A DNA stretch of 44,469 bases from positions 1 through 44,469 of the forward strand of contig CADCPD010000065.1 of assembly GCA_902803265.1 (NCBI GenBank), in the 5' to 3' direction. Below are positions 28,884 through 38,787 of this stretch, piece after piece. The translations under genes were made by a program, and so were the position numbers. The stretch comes from an uncultured bacterium (GTDB taxonomy: Bacteria; Cyanobacteriota; Vampirovibrionia; Gastranaerophilales; Gastranaerophilaceae). The notes under the pieces were generated by a model. It worked only from the letters and a program-made list of their open reading frames with translations, was not told the DNA's origin and did not search any database. Numbering within the stretch: position 1 is the stretch's first letter; each line of letters opens with the position of its first letter.

Positions 28884-29581
28884 TGAATATTAAAGATTTA
28901 GAAAAAATTTTTAGTATTGAAATTATTGACGAAGAATTATTTAATAAAGCTTTAACTCATTCTTCATATACAAAAGAAAATTCTCTTGATTCACTTTTAA
29001 ATTATGAAAGATTAGAATTTTTTGGAGATTCTGTTTTAAAATTAGCTGTATCAGAAATTTTAATGAAAAAATTTCCAAAATCAAATGAGGGTGAATTAAC
29101 AAAAATTCGTTCGATAATAGTTTCAGATGCAATGTTATCAAAAGTTGCCATTAATTTAGGATTGCAAGATTTTATAATTTTAGGTAAAAATGCTGAAAAA
29201 TCAGGAGAAAGAAAAAGAAGTTCCATTAATGCTTGTATATTTGAAGCCTTGTTGGGAGCTTTTTATTTAACAGGTAAAAAATCAGAAATCATAGAATTTT
29301 TAGGAAAAGTTTTTGAACCTGAAATTATGGATGTAAAAAATAATTTTGCAAAATATAATGCGAAAGAAATTTTACAGGAATATACTCAATCTAAAACAAA
29401 AGAATTACCTGAATATCACTTAATAAGAGAATTTGGACCTCAGCATGAGCCAAGTTTTGAAATAGAAGTTATTTATAAAGGTGAAGTTTTGGCTTGTATG
29501 ATTGGAAAATCAAAAAAAGATGCAGAACAAAAATGTGCTTATGAAGCATGTAAAAAATTAGGAGTAATTAAAGATGAATGA
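28883..29581 (+). CDS. rnc: Ribonuclease III
   Basis: RNase III signature ERLEFFGDSVL and a C-terminal dsRBD (KELPEYHLIREFGPQHEPSFEIEV ... KKDAEQKCAYEA). The GTG start overlaps the cdsA stop. Confidence 0.93.
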   Translation: MNIKDLEKIFSIEIIDEELFNKALTHSSYTKENSLDSLLNYERLEFFGDSVLKLAVSEILMKKFPKSNEGELTKIRSIIVSDAMLSKVAINLGLQDFIILGKNAEKSGERKRSSINACIFEALLGAFYLTGKKSEIIEFLGKVFEPEIMDVKNNFAKYNAKEILQEYTQSKTKELPEYHLIREFGPQHEPSFEIEVIYKGEVLACMIGKSKKDAEQKCAYEACKKLGVIKDE

Positions 29582-30224
29582 AGATGAAAAAATAATAATT
29601 TCGCCGTCAATATTATCAGCTGATTTTACTGAATTAGGCAGAGACGTAAAAGCTGTTGAAGATGCCGGTGCTGATTGGATTCACGTAGATGTTATGGACG
29701 GACATTTTGTACCAAATATTTCTATTGGTGTTCCCGTTGTTAAATCTTTAAAAAAAGTTGCAAGAGTACCTTTAGATGTTCATTTAATGATTGAAAATCC
29801 TGAAAAATATATCGGTGCATTTGCAAAAGCGGGTGCTGATATTATTACTTTTCACTACGAAGCAGCTCAAGACAAAATTGAATCTGTTATAAGCTTAATT
29901 CGTTCATTTAATATTAAAGTTGGTATTTCTATTAAGCCTAAAACAAATCAAGAGGTTTTATTTCCATATCTTGATAAAATTGATATGGTACTTGTTATGA
30001 CAGTAGAACCGGGATTTGGCGGACAAGAATTTATGGGATATTGTGCTCAAAAAATCCCTTATATCAGAGGAAAAGCTCCTGAAAATTTAATTGTTCAAGT
30101 TGATGGCGGTATCAATGAAAAAACTGCAAATATCTGCAAAAGTTTAGGTGCAAATTCATTAGTTGCAGGCAGTTACATTTACGGAAGTGATAATATAAAA
30201 GCTGCAATTGAAAGTTTGAGATAA
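29574..30224 (+). CDS. rpe: Ribulose-phosphate 3-epimerase
   Basis: SPSILSADF, HVDVMDGHFVPN, MTVEPGFGGQ and VDGGIN motifs. 216 aa. Confidence 0.95.
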   Translation: MNEDEKIIISPSILSADFTELGRDVKAVEDAGADWIHVDVMDGHFVPNISIGVPVVKSLKKVARVPLDVHLMIENPEKYIGAFAKAGADIITFHYEAAQDKIESVISLIRSFNIKVGISIKPKTNQEVLFPYLDKIDMVLVMTVEPGFGGQEFMGYCAQKIPYIRGKAPENLIVQVDGGINEKTANICKSLGANSLVAGSYIYGSDNIKAAIESLR

Positions 30225-30236
30225 TTTTAGCAAAGT

Positions 30237-30271
30237 AAAAGAGCCGTTCAGTAAAACTGAACGGCTTTTTT
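30237..30271. terminator. Bidirectional rho-independent terminator (AGCCGTTCAG-TAAAA-CTGAACGGCT, A-run upstream, T6 downstream)
   Basis: 10-bp perfect stem at 30242-30266, lying between convergent rpe (+) and the 198-aa ORF (-). Confidence 0.85.
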
Positions 30272-30290
30272 GTTTCTATATTTCTAATGA

Positions 30291-30887
30291 TTAATAATGA
30301 CCACCTTCTGATTTAAAAATACCTTCACCTTTATAATGTTTATGTCTTCCAGAAGAAAATGATGATTCATCTCCCGCTACATCAGCGACATCAGATTCAC
30401 CAAGTTTGTAAGTATTATTTCCGTGTTCCCAATCTGTACCACCGAAAAGACTTCCCGTATGAGATGTGTGTTCAAAAACTATATCTTGATTTCCATCTTT
30501 TTGTGATAAATCTACTTCTGAATTTGTGCATCCGTTCAAATAATAACAATCTTCATTTTCAGTACCTGTTATTTTTGCACCTGTCATACGGTTAAAACTT
30601 GTTACTTTTACAGAAGTGTCTTCAACTTTGTCTAAACTAATATGAGGTCCCACGTTTCCTGTCATAGGATTAAATCCAACATGAGCACCAGGTTCATAGT
30701 GAGCAGAATTACTTTGAGATACAGAAGATTTATTATTTTCTGATTGATTTGGAAATTCTACATGAGTACCATCTTTTAAAAATACACTGTTAATTTTTTT
30801 ACCGTCTTTTACTATAACTTCTGATGATTTTACATCTGCTTTATTAAATTTGACTCCGCCAATTTTTATTGTGTTTCCGTCCGCCAT
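30291..30887 (-). CDS. Orphan hypothetical protein (198 aa, Gly/His/Asn-rich, no signal peptide)
   Basis: An AAAGGAG RBS lies upstream of the ATG and the frame is intact. There is an internal repeat FNPMTG / FNRMTG. The gene is monocistronic between two terminators. I recognise no family. Confidence 0.6.
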   Translation of the reverse strand: MADGNTIKIGGVKFNKADVKSSEVIVKDGKKINSVFLKDGTHVEFPNQSENNKSSVSQSNSAHYEPGAHVGFNPMTGNVGPHISLDKVEDTSVKVTSFNRMTGAKITGTENEDCYYLNGCTNSEVDLSQKDGNQDIVFEHTSHTGSLFGGTDWEHGNNTYKLGESDVADVAGDESSFSSGRHKHYKGEGIFKSEGGHY

Positions 30888-30980
30888 TTTAACTCCTTTC
30901 TTTAACCTTACTACACATATAGTTCATGTAAGTAAATTAAAAGTACAAAATTGCCAAAACGCAGTCATATCCCATCACAT

Positions 30981-31000
30981 CATATCATATCATATCATAT
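30981..31000. repeat. Pentanucleotide microsatellite (CATAT)x4 with degenerate 5' extension from 30966
   Basis: Read directly as catatcatatcatatcatat. It lies between a minus-strand TATAAT (31006-31011) and the 198-aa ORF start. Confidence 0.9.
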
Positions 31001-31096
31001 AAAGGATTATAGTTGAGTTTCAGCTATTTTAAAATTAGGTTTACAAAAATTAATATTAATATATTCTTACGTTAAGTATAAAATTAAATCTGATAT

Positions 31097-31128
31097 TTAA
31101 AAGCCGTTCATTTTCAGAACGGCTTTTT
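31097..31128. terminator. Rho-independent terminator downstream of ileS (AGCCGTTC-ATTTTCA-GAACGGCT)
   Basis: 8-bp perfect stem at 31101-31123, flanked by an A-run and T-run. The stem sequence is nearly identical to the hairpin at 30242-30266. Confidence 0.8.
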
Positions 31129-31140
31129 TACTTTAAAATA

Positions 31141-33954
31141 TTATTCACTTATAGCATCTTGGCAATGTTTGCAAATACCGTTTTCATTAAGGTCTTGATA
31201 TTTCCAGCATCTTGCACATTTTTCGCCTTTTGCTTTTGTTACCCATACTGTTGTATCGTTTTCTGTATATTCATTCAAAACATCAGCGGGTTTTTCTTTA
31301 ACAACATAGGCTTGAGATGTTATGTACAAATCGCAAAGATCATTTTCATTTGCTTTTAAAAGTTCGTTATCCGAAGATTTAACATAAACTGCAACTTCTA
31401 ATGAACTTCCCACTTTTTTATCTGCTCTTAATGGTTCTATTGCCTTTGTTACTATTTCTCTTGTTTTTAAGAGTTTAGCAAAATCTTCTTCCAGTTTTTC
31501 GTTATTCCATTTTTCATTTTCTTTTACCCAGTCAGATAGAAGAATAGATTTTAGACCTTGTCTTTGACATTCCGGAATGTTTTGCCAGATATCTTCTGCT
31601 TGGTGAGGCATTACCGGCGCTAAAACTCTTACCAAAGCATGCATTGTTTCATACAATACTGTTTGACAAGCTCTTCTTGATAATGATTTTTTACCACTTG
31701 TATAAAGTCTGTCTTTTACAATATCAAGATAGAATGATGATAAATCCACAGCCGCAAAGTTTTGTAAGCATTGGAAGTATTTATAGAATTCATAGCTTTC
31801 AAATGCTTCTGTTACTTCAACAATTAACTTATTTAATTTTGATAGAGCAAATTTATCAATATTTTTTAAATCTTCATAAGATACATAATCCTTTTCAGGG
31901 TCAAAATCAAACAAATTACCAAGTAAAAATCTTGCTGTATTTCTTGTTTTTCTGAAAATTTCAGATAATTGCTTGATTATATTATCACCAATTTTAATAT
32001 CGTTTCTGTAATCTACAGATGCTGCCCAAAGTCTTAGTATATCAGCACCGTAATTTTTAATAATATCATCAGGTCTTATGTAATTACCCAAAGATTTTGA
32101 CATTTTTCTGCCGTCTTCACCAAATACAAATCCGTGAGTTAAAACTTGTTTATATGGCGAAATACCTTGTGTTGCAATTGAAGTTAATAACGAAGACTGG
32201 AACCATCCTCTGTGTTGATCTGAACCTTCTAAATACATATCTACAGGTGTGTGGTTAAGTTCTTCATGTCTTTTTTCTACAACTGCTCTCCAAGATACTC
32301 CTGAATCAAACCATACGTCCATAATGTCGTTTTCTTTTCTGAAATGTTGTTTTCCGCATTTTGGACATACAAAATTTTCCGGTAAAAGTTCTTTTTCAGA
32401 ATATTTTACCCAAGCGTCAGAAGATTCTTTTTCAAATAATTTTGCAACATGTTCAATTGTTTCATCTGTTACAATAACTTCACCACAATCTTCACAATAG
32501 AATACAGGAATAGGAACACCCCAAGCACGTTGTCTTGAAATACACCAGTCAGTTCTACCTTCTACCATGTTTGAAATTCTTGCTTCACCTGATGCAGGAA
32601 TAAATTTAACTTTTTTAATTTCTTCCAAAGCTTTATCTCTGAATTTATCAACTTTTACAAACCATTGAGGAGTTGCTCTGTAAATTACAGGTTTTTTACA
32701 TCTCCAGCAATGAGGATAACTGTGTTGTAAGTCAGCTTTCTTTAATAAAGCACCAACATTTTCTAATTTTTCTATTACAATATCATTTCCTTTATAATAA
32801 GGAATTCCTTCTAAATCACCGGCTTCAGATGTCCATACACCTTTTGAATCAAGAGGTGAATAAACACCGATTTTATATTTGCAGCAAACTTCATAGTCTT
32901 CCAAACCATGTCCGGGAGCTGTATGAACAGAACCTGTACCTGCGTCAAGTGTTACGTGTTCACCGCATAATATAGGTGATTTTCTTTCGTACAAAGGATG
33001 AACAGGTGTTAGATTTTCTAAATCTTCACCTTTACAAGTTCCTAAAACTGTAATATCTGATTTTTCCCATTCAACATCTTTTAAGAAATTATCCAATAAT
33101 CCTGTTGCAGCGTAATAAACATCATTTTTGTATTCAAAGAATGTATATTCAAATCTTGGATGAACGCTTATTGCCAAGTTTGACGGAATTGTCCATGGAG
33201 TTGTTGTCCAAATTATTGAATAAATATCTTTGCCGACATTTAAAAATTCAAATTTTTCTTTTAATTTATTTGTACTTTCATCATCAAACTTAAATCTTAC
33301 ATAGATTGAAGTTGATGTATGGTCTGCATATTCAACTTCTGCTTCTGCAAGTGCAGTTTCACAAGATGCACACCAATATACAGGTTTTAAACCCTTTTCA
33401 ATGTATCCTTTTTTGTACATTTCACCAAAAACTCTTACCTGTTCAGCTTCATATTCACCGTCTATTGTTAAATAAGGGTTTTCCCAGTTACCTAAAACGC
33501 CTAATCTTTTAAATTCAGATTCTTGTCCTTTTAAACTTTTATGAGCATATTCTCTGCATTTTGCTCTTAATTCTGCAGGAGTTACGGCGTTTCTTCCGCC
33601 TTCTATATTTTTTACAACCTTGTTTTCAATAGGCAAACCATGTCCGTCATACCCCGGTACATACGGTGCATAATAACCTCTTTGAGATTTATATTTAATA
33701 AGAATATCTTTTAAAATTTTGTTTAATGCTGTTCCTACGTGAATTTTTTCTGAACTCAAATACGGAGGTCCATCGTGTAAAATAAAACTGTTGGTTTTAT
33801 CTCTGTTTGAAATTATTTCATCATAGATATTATTTTCTTCCCAAAATTTTTGAATTTCGGGTTCTCTGTTTACTGCATTTGCTCTCATTTGTAACGTTGT
33901 TTGAGGCAAATTAAGCGTATCTTTATATTCAGGTTTTTTATTTTCTTCAGCCAT
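31141..33954 (-). CDS. ileS: Isoleucine--tRNA ligase
   Basis: 937 aa with a class I HIGH-type motif (HVGT), KMSKS (GRKMSKSLGN), a CP1 editing domain and a C-terminal Zn-binding motif (CARCWKY ... CKHC). Confidence 0.96.
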   Translation of the reverse strand: MAEENKKPEYKDTLNLPQTTLQMRANAVNREPEIQKFWEENNIYDEIISNRDKTNSFILHDGPPYLSSEKIHVGTALNKILKDILIKYKSQRGYYAPYVPGYDGHGLPIENKVVKNIEGGRNAVTPAELRAKCREYAHKSLKGQESEFKRLGVLGNWENPYLTIDGEYEAEQVRVFGEMYKKGYIEKGLKPVYWCASCETALAEAEVEYADHTSTSIYVRFKFDDESTNKLKEKFEFLNVGKDIYSIIWTTTPWTIPSNLAISVHPRFEYTFFEYKNDVYYAATGLLDNFLKDVEWEKSDITVLGTCKGEDLENLTPVHPLYERKSPILCGEHVTLDAGTGSVHTAPGHGLEDYEVCCKYKIGVYSPLDSKGVWTSEAGDLEGIPYYKGNDIVIEKLENVGALLKKADLQHSYPHCWRCKKPVIYRATPQWFVKVDKFRDKALEEIKKVKFIPASGEARISNMVEGRTDWCISRQRAWGVPIPVFYCEDCGEVIVTDETIEHVAKLFEKESSDAWVKYSEKELLPENFVCPKCGKQHFRKENDIMDVWFDSGVSWRAVVEKRHEELNHTPVDMYLEGSDQHRGWFQSSLLTSIATQGISPYKQVLTHGFVFGEDGRKMSKSLGNYIRPDDIIKNYGADILRLWAASVDYRNDIKIGDNIIKQLSEIFRKTRNTARFLLGNLFDFDPEKDYVSYEDLKNIDKFALSKLNKLIVEVTEAFESYEFYKYFQCLQNFAAVDLSSFYLDIVKDRLYTSGKKSLSRRACQTVLYETMHALVRVLAPVMPHQAEDIWQNIPECQRQGLKSILLSDWVKENEKWNNEKLEEDFAKLLKTREIVTKAIEPLRADKKVGSSLEVAVYVKSSDNELLKANENDLCDLYITSQAYVVKEKPADVLNEYTENDTTVWVTKAKGEKCARCWKYQDLNENGICKHCQDAISE

Positions 33955-33988
33955 TTTTATTCCTCTATACTTTTTTACTTATTAAATA

Positions 33989-35290
33989 CTAAACTTTTAC
34001 AGCTTTTTTACTAGCTTTAAATCTTGCTATTAAAGCCTTTCTTCTTGAACTTCTTGAAATATAATGCTGCATTTTATTATCATCGAATTGACCTTCCCAA
34101 CGAGCAATAACGGTTGTTGCAATGCAGTTTCCGATTAAGTTAATAGTTGTTCTGCCCATATCAAGAATGTGGTCTATACCAAGTAAAATTGCAACACCGA
34201 TTACAGGATAATTGAATGTAGTTAAAGTACCTGCAAGAACAATTAAAGATACTCTAGGAACACCTGCAATACCCTTACTTGCAAACATTAATGCAACCAT
34301 CATAACCAATTGTTGTTCCAAATTAAGATTTATTCCTACAATTTGTGTTGAAAATAATACAGCCATTGCAAGGTGTAACGTTGAACCATCAAGATTGAAT
34401 GTATAACCTGTCGGCATTACGAATGATACTATATTTCTCGGAACACCAAATTTTTCCAATATTTCCATTGATTTAGGTAAAGCAGCTTCCGAACTTGTTG
34501 TTGAAAATGCAAGTAATATTTGGTCTTTTAATGCTGCCATAAGTTTCCAGAACGGAATTCTTGCAATTAAGCAAACACCATACAAAACAACAAATACAAA
34601 TATTGCCAAAGCTCCGTACAGGCAGAATATAACTTTAGCATAATTTTTCAGCACACTTATACCATTTAAACCTACCGTTGAAGCGATTGCACCAAAAATA
34701 CCTATCGGTGCAAAATACATTACATATTCCGTAAATTTAAACATTACTTTTGCAGTGGAATTTAAAACATCCAAAACAGGTTTTGCCATTTTTCCGACAC
34801 CGCATATTGCAACTGCAAAGAATATTGAGAAGATTACTATTTGTAATAAGTTACCGTCTGCCATTGATTTAATTACACTTGTAGGAAACATTCCGACAAA
34901 CATATCACTCAATGAATTATGAGGATTGATAGTTGCCATATGTTCTACGGCTTTCATTTCCTGACTTAAATCTCCGGATGTATCAAAGCCTGCTCCCGGT
35001 TGAATCCAGTTACCCATAAATAATCCGATACAAAGAGCAAGTGTTGTTACTATTTCAAAATAAATTATTGTTTTTAAACCAATTTTACCCAATGACTTTA
35101 TATCACCATGTCCTGCAATACCAACAACAAGCGTTGAAAATAACAACGGTGCTATAATCATTTTTACCATGTTAAGGAAAATTTTTGATAAAGGACTCAA
35201 TTTAACAGAAAAATCCGGAAATAACCAACCTACAATAACACCCAGAACAAGTGCTAAAAATATTGCAATTGTAAGTTTAGAATTCTTCAC
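33989..35290 (-). CDS. Dicarboxylate/amino acid:cation symporter (DAACS/SLC1 family)
   Basis: SSEAALP and NLDGS family motifs, about 8 TM helices plus hairpins, 433 aa. GTG start after a GGAAAGGAAG RBS. Confidence 0.88.
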   Translation of the reverse strand: MKNSKLTIAIFLALVLGVIVGWLFPDFSVKLSPLSKIFLNMVKMIIAPLLFSTLVVGIAGHGDIKSLGKIGLKTIIYFEIVTTLALCIGLFMGNWIQPGAGFDTSGDLSQEMKAVEHMATINPHNSLSDMFVGMFPTSVIKSMADGNLLQIVIFSIFFAVAICGVGKMAKPVLDVLNSTAKVMFKFTEYVMYFAPIGIFGAIASTVGLNGISVLKNYAKVIFCLYGALAIFVFVVLYGVCLIARIPFWKLMAALKDQILLAFSTTSSEAALPKSMEILEKFGVPRNIVSFVMPTGYTFNLDGSTLHLAMAVLFSTQIVGINLNLEQQLVMMVALMFASKGIAGVPRVSLIVLAGTLTTFNYPVIGVAILLGIDHILDMGRTTINLIGNCIATTVIARWEGQFDDNKMQHYISRSSRRKALIARFKASKKAVKV

Positions 35291-35379
35291 TATGTTCTTA
35301 CTTCCTTTCCTTTTGTAATTATATTACAAACATAGTGGAGTTCATAAATTTCTTGATATTTTTTTTATACGATTGTAAA

Positions 35380-36285
35380 CTAAACCTTTACCGTATAGTA
35401 TTTTTTAAGAAATTCTAGCAAATCAGTAGTTATATCCAACACCGTTATATCACCTTCTTCAAGCAGGCGTTGTCTTAATTTGTCGCTTTTATCTCTTGGC
35501 GGAAGAACACCTATTCCTTTTACGTGAGCATTTCTTGCACAGCTTGCATCATCAACGGTATCTCCAAGATAAAATATATCGTTTGCAATAACTTTTTCTT
35601 TTATCAATTCAACACCTTTGGTATCGGGTTTTTGATTATCCCAGCCGACACATTCAAATGTTATTATCGGATAAAAATACTTTGTTAAATTCCAAACTTT
35701 TAAGGAATGCATTGCAGATTTAGTGTCTCTACCGGTAAAAACAGCCAAGTTATAACTTTTTGCAAGTTCTTTAACGTGTTCTTCGTCTAAAATAATTTTT
35801 TCTTCGTCAATAAATCCGCCTTTTCCGTCAAAATAAATATTTAGATAATAATCTGCCATTTCGTCAAAATCAACATCAAAACCGTTTTCTTTAAATTTGT
35901 GCATCAAAATGTCAAAATCACTGTTAAAACCGCCTTGATATTTTATTGTATTTATTTCTTCTCTTGTAAGTTCACCGCCTGTAAAATGATTGTATGTCAT
36001 CATTGTAACTACACTGAAAGAATTTGTTGTATCAATAAGAACACCATCCATGTCAAAGATTATTGTAGGTCTTAGAGTTATTTTTTCAATAAATTTTTCT
36101 GTTTGTTCTTTATTTTGTTCGTCTAAAATAAAACATTGTTTTTCGCTATTAAAAGGTATTTCCAAATTATGCAGTTCAACTTTATGTTTTATAAAATCAA
36201 ATTTTTTATCAAAATAAACTTCTAACTGATTATTATTTTCCAAAACTTTTGCATTTAATTTTTCTAACTCTTCCCTAATATTCAT
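35380..36285 (-). CDS. HAD-superfamily hydrolase with ~70-aa N-terminal extension
   Basis: HAD motif I FDMDGVLID, motif II FTGR, motif III KPD and motif IV GDTVDD. Confidence 0.75.
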   Translation of the reverse strand: MNIREELEKLNAKVLENNNQLEVYFDKKFDFIKHKVELHNLEIPFNSEKQCFILDEQNKEQTEKFIEKITLRPTIIFDMDGVLIDTTNSFSVVTMMTYNHFTGGELTREEINTIKYQGGFNSDFDILMHKFKENGFDVDFDEMADYYLNIYFDGKGGFIDEEKIILDEEHVKELAKSYNLAVFTGRDTKSAMHSLKVWNLTKYFYPIITFECVGWDNQKPDTKGVELIKEKVIANDIFYLGDTVDDASCARNAHVKGIGVLPPRDKSDKLRQRLLEEGDITVLDITTDLLEFLKKYYTVKV

Positions 36286-36321
36286 AAATTAATCCCATAG
36301 CCTGTTGTAAAAGAAACTTTA

Positions 36322-37722
36322 ATGTTATACTATCATATTATGAAATCACTTTGCAATAAGATTTTATTGGCTTTTTTAATCCTTTTTGCAGGAATAAAAG
36401 TTTATGCATTAGATGTTGTTTATCCTACAAGTTACAACATGAATATTAATGCTCCGTCAACATTTTTTGTCGGAAATACTAATCCGGAAGAAATTTTAAC
36501 TATAAACGGAGTTAAAATTGATGTTCATCCGTCAGGCGCTTTTGCTCAAAAAGTACCTCTAAATATCGGTAAAAATGTTTTTACTATTACTTCAGATTGG
36601 AATAAAAAAGTTTACACCATTAACAGAAAAGCTATTCTAAGCGTTTCATACAATAATTCTAATCCAATGAATAATTTTAAAAAATTTGATAAAGAAAAAT
36701 TTGTATATGTAAAAAAAGACGGAACAGCATTGAGAAGCACGCCTGTTGAACAAGGTATAAATAGATTATCACATCTGGAAAAAGATGTAATATTAAAAGT
36801 TGATGGCGAAATGTACGGATTATATAGAGTAGTTTTATCAGAAAATAATTATGCATGGATAAATAAGAAAGCTGTTTATGAAAATGTTATTAATGAAGAA
36901 CCTGAAACCGCAAAATTAATCGCTAAATCTTTTACACAAAGTAATCACTCTAAATTTTATAAAATCAAATTAACTCAAAGAATTCCGTACTATGTTGAAG
37001 AAAGCAATCCGCTTGTTTTACATTTATTTAATACGGACGGAAGTGAAACAGTTTTCCCTATAAATTTAAAACATAATCTTTCAGGTTATGATGCATATTA
37101 CGAAGGAGATTGTCTTGTACTTGAAATTAAGAAAAAACTTAATGTCTACCGATTTAGACCATTGAGAGATATAACCATAGTAATAGATCCCGGTCATGGA
37201 GGAAATGAAAAAGGAGCTGTAAGCTGTCTTAGAAACTACGAAAAGGATATTAATTTAAAAATTGCATTATATCTATACAAAGAACTCTCTCGAAAAGGAG
37301 CAAATGTTTACATGACAAGATTTACAGATGAATTTGTATCTTTAAATGACAGAGTAAAATTTTCAAATGAAAAAAATGCCGATATTTTTATTAGTATCCA
37401 TGCAAATTCATTACCTGACGGCAAAGATCCTATGAAAGAAAGAGGTACAAGTGTTTATTATTATTATAATGAGTCAAAACCTCTTGCAGAAAGCATTTTA
37501 AATAATATTGTTAATAAAGTACATACTAATAATGATGGTTTATACCAGAGAAGTTTTGCAGTTGTAAGAAATAGTCGAGCTTTGAGTGTTTTAGTAGAAA
37601 CTGCATACGTTATAAATCCTTACGATAATATTCTTTTGATTAATGAAAAATTTCAAAAAAATTGTGCTAAAGCTATTTCTAATGGTGTTATAGAGTATTT
37701 AAAATCAATACAAATTAACTAA
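36322..37722 (+). CDS. N-acetylmuramoyl-L-alanine amidase (Amidase_3, AmiC-like) with N-terminal accessory domains
   Basis: C-terminal IVIDPGHGGNEKGA, DIFISIHANS and ETAYVINP motifs. Signal peptide: MKSLCNKILLAFLILFAGIKVYA. The start may be the ATG at 36340. Confidence 0.85.
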   Translation: MLYYHIMKSLCNKILLAFLILFAGIKVYALDVVYPTSYNMNINAPSTFFVGNTNPEEILTINGVKIDVHPSGAFAQKVPLNIGKNVFTITSDWNKKVYTINRKAILSVSYNNSNPMNNFKKFDKEKFVYVKKDGTALRSTPVEQGINRLSHLEKDVILKVDGEMYGLYRVVLSENNYAWINKKAVYENVINEEPETAKLIAKSFTQSNHSKFYKIKLTQRIPYYVEESNPLVLHLFNTDGSETVFPINLKHNLSGYDAYYEGDCLVLEIKKKLNVYRFRPLRDITIVIDPGHGGNEKGAVSCLRNYEKDINLKIALYLYKELSRKGANVYMTRFTDEFVSLNDRVKFSNEKNADIFISIHANSLPDGKDPMKERGTSVYYYYNESKPLAESILNNIVNKVHTNNDGLYQRSFAVVRNSRALSVLVETAYVINPYDNILLINEKFQKNCAKAISNGVIEYLKSIQIN

Positions 37723-38253
37723 TCTTCATTAAGTTTACAAACCTAAAATATACACTTAAAATAAAAAAATAAGCAAACCCATGAGTAATAAACATTTTGA
37801 GGATTATTAAAAAATATGTAAAATTTTAAGTTATTTTAAAAATCTTCTCAAAGTCCCATGCCTACATGAAATCAAGTATTTTTAACAAAAACTTCACAAA
37901 AATTAAGTAAAATTTTTAAAAATCTCAAAAAGCAGATTATAAAATTATCTTCAAATTTGTGAAGAAAAATTATGTAAATTTCACATGATTTTTTAAGTAA
38001 AAAGTTTGCGATTTTGATTATATTTTGTTTTAATTAAAGAACGTAGTCTTGGAAATTAAAAGTCAAATTTTTGACTGTGAGATATAGAAAAATTAAACAA
38101 TTAAAACCTGCTAAAACTCAAGTTTTATCAGTGTTTTTGGACCCAACAAATTAAACCACAAAACTAAAAATACATTGAAAAAACGATGTAGAAATTTAGA
38201 AACTAAATTAGAATCATAAAAGAAAAAAGAAGAAAAATCTTTGGAGGCATAAA

Positions 38254-38784
38254 TTGTTAGAACGCGGTTATATACAAATCTATACAGGAGATGGAAAAGG
38301 TAAAACTACAGCATCTTTAGGTTTGGCTATGAGAGCATTGGGACACGGTTGGAAAGTTCTTATCATCCAATTTGCAAAAGGTGATAGTGCAACTTCTTAC
38401 GGCGAAATTGTTTCTGGCGGTATGTTTCCAAATTTAGATATTATCCAATGCGGCGTTGATAGAGTTGTATATTCTCACAACGTTTGTTTAGAAGACTACA
38501 AAGAAGCTAAAAAAGGCTGGGGTATTGCTAAAGAAGCTATTCAAAGCAATAAATACCAACTTATTATTTTAGACGAAATTAATATTGCTATTGCAATGAA
38601 TATGATTAAGGTTTCAGAAGTTAAAGACGCTTTATTGAACAAACCTGAAACTCTTGAAATCGTGTTAACAGGACGCTATGCTCATCCTGAATTAAAAGCA
38701 TTAGCTCACCTTGTAACTGAAATGAAACCTATTAAACACTACTTTGATATCGGTGTTATGGCAAGACAAGGTATTGAATATTAG
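38254..38784 (+). CDS. cobO: Cob(I)yrinic acid a,c-diamide adenosyltransferase (CobO/BtuR type)
   Basis: GYIQIYTGDGKGKTTASLGLAMRALGHG P-loop and ILDEINIA motifs. 176 aa. The TTG start lies 6 nt after GGAGG (38243-38247). Confidence 0.88.
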   Translation: MLERGYIQIYTGDGKGKTTASLGLAMRALGHGWKVLIIQFAKGDSATSYGEIVSGGMFPNLDIIQCGVDRVVYSHNVCLEDYKEAKKGWGIAKEAIQSNKYQLIILDEINIAIAMNMIKVSEVKDALLNKPETLEIVLTGRYAHPELKALAHLVTEMKPIKHYFDIGVMARQGIEY

Positions 38785-38787
38785 TTA

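Noticed and set aside
31159-33512. Six + strand ORFs (62-103 aa) inside ileS
   Set aside because: They are antisense to a confidently identified 937-aa ileS. They have low-complexity, Leu/Phe/Ile-rich translations with no SD. Such ORFs are typical shadows in AT-rich DNA.
33955-33988. T-box leader upstream of ileS
   Set aside because: Only 34 nt separate ileS from the upstream symporter gene, which is far too short for a T-box (about 200 nt or more). ileS appears to be co-transcribed.
37723-38253. Cobalamin riboswitch upstream of cobO
   Set aside because: I found no B12-box-like GC-rich core (of the GCCACTG type) or the multi-stem GC-rich architecture. The region is about 20% GC. An Infernal scan would be decisive.
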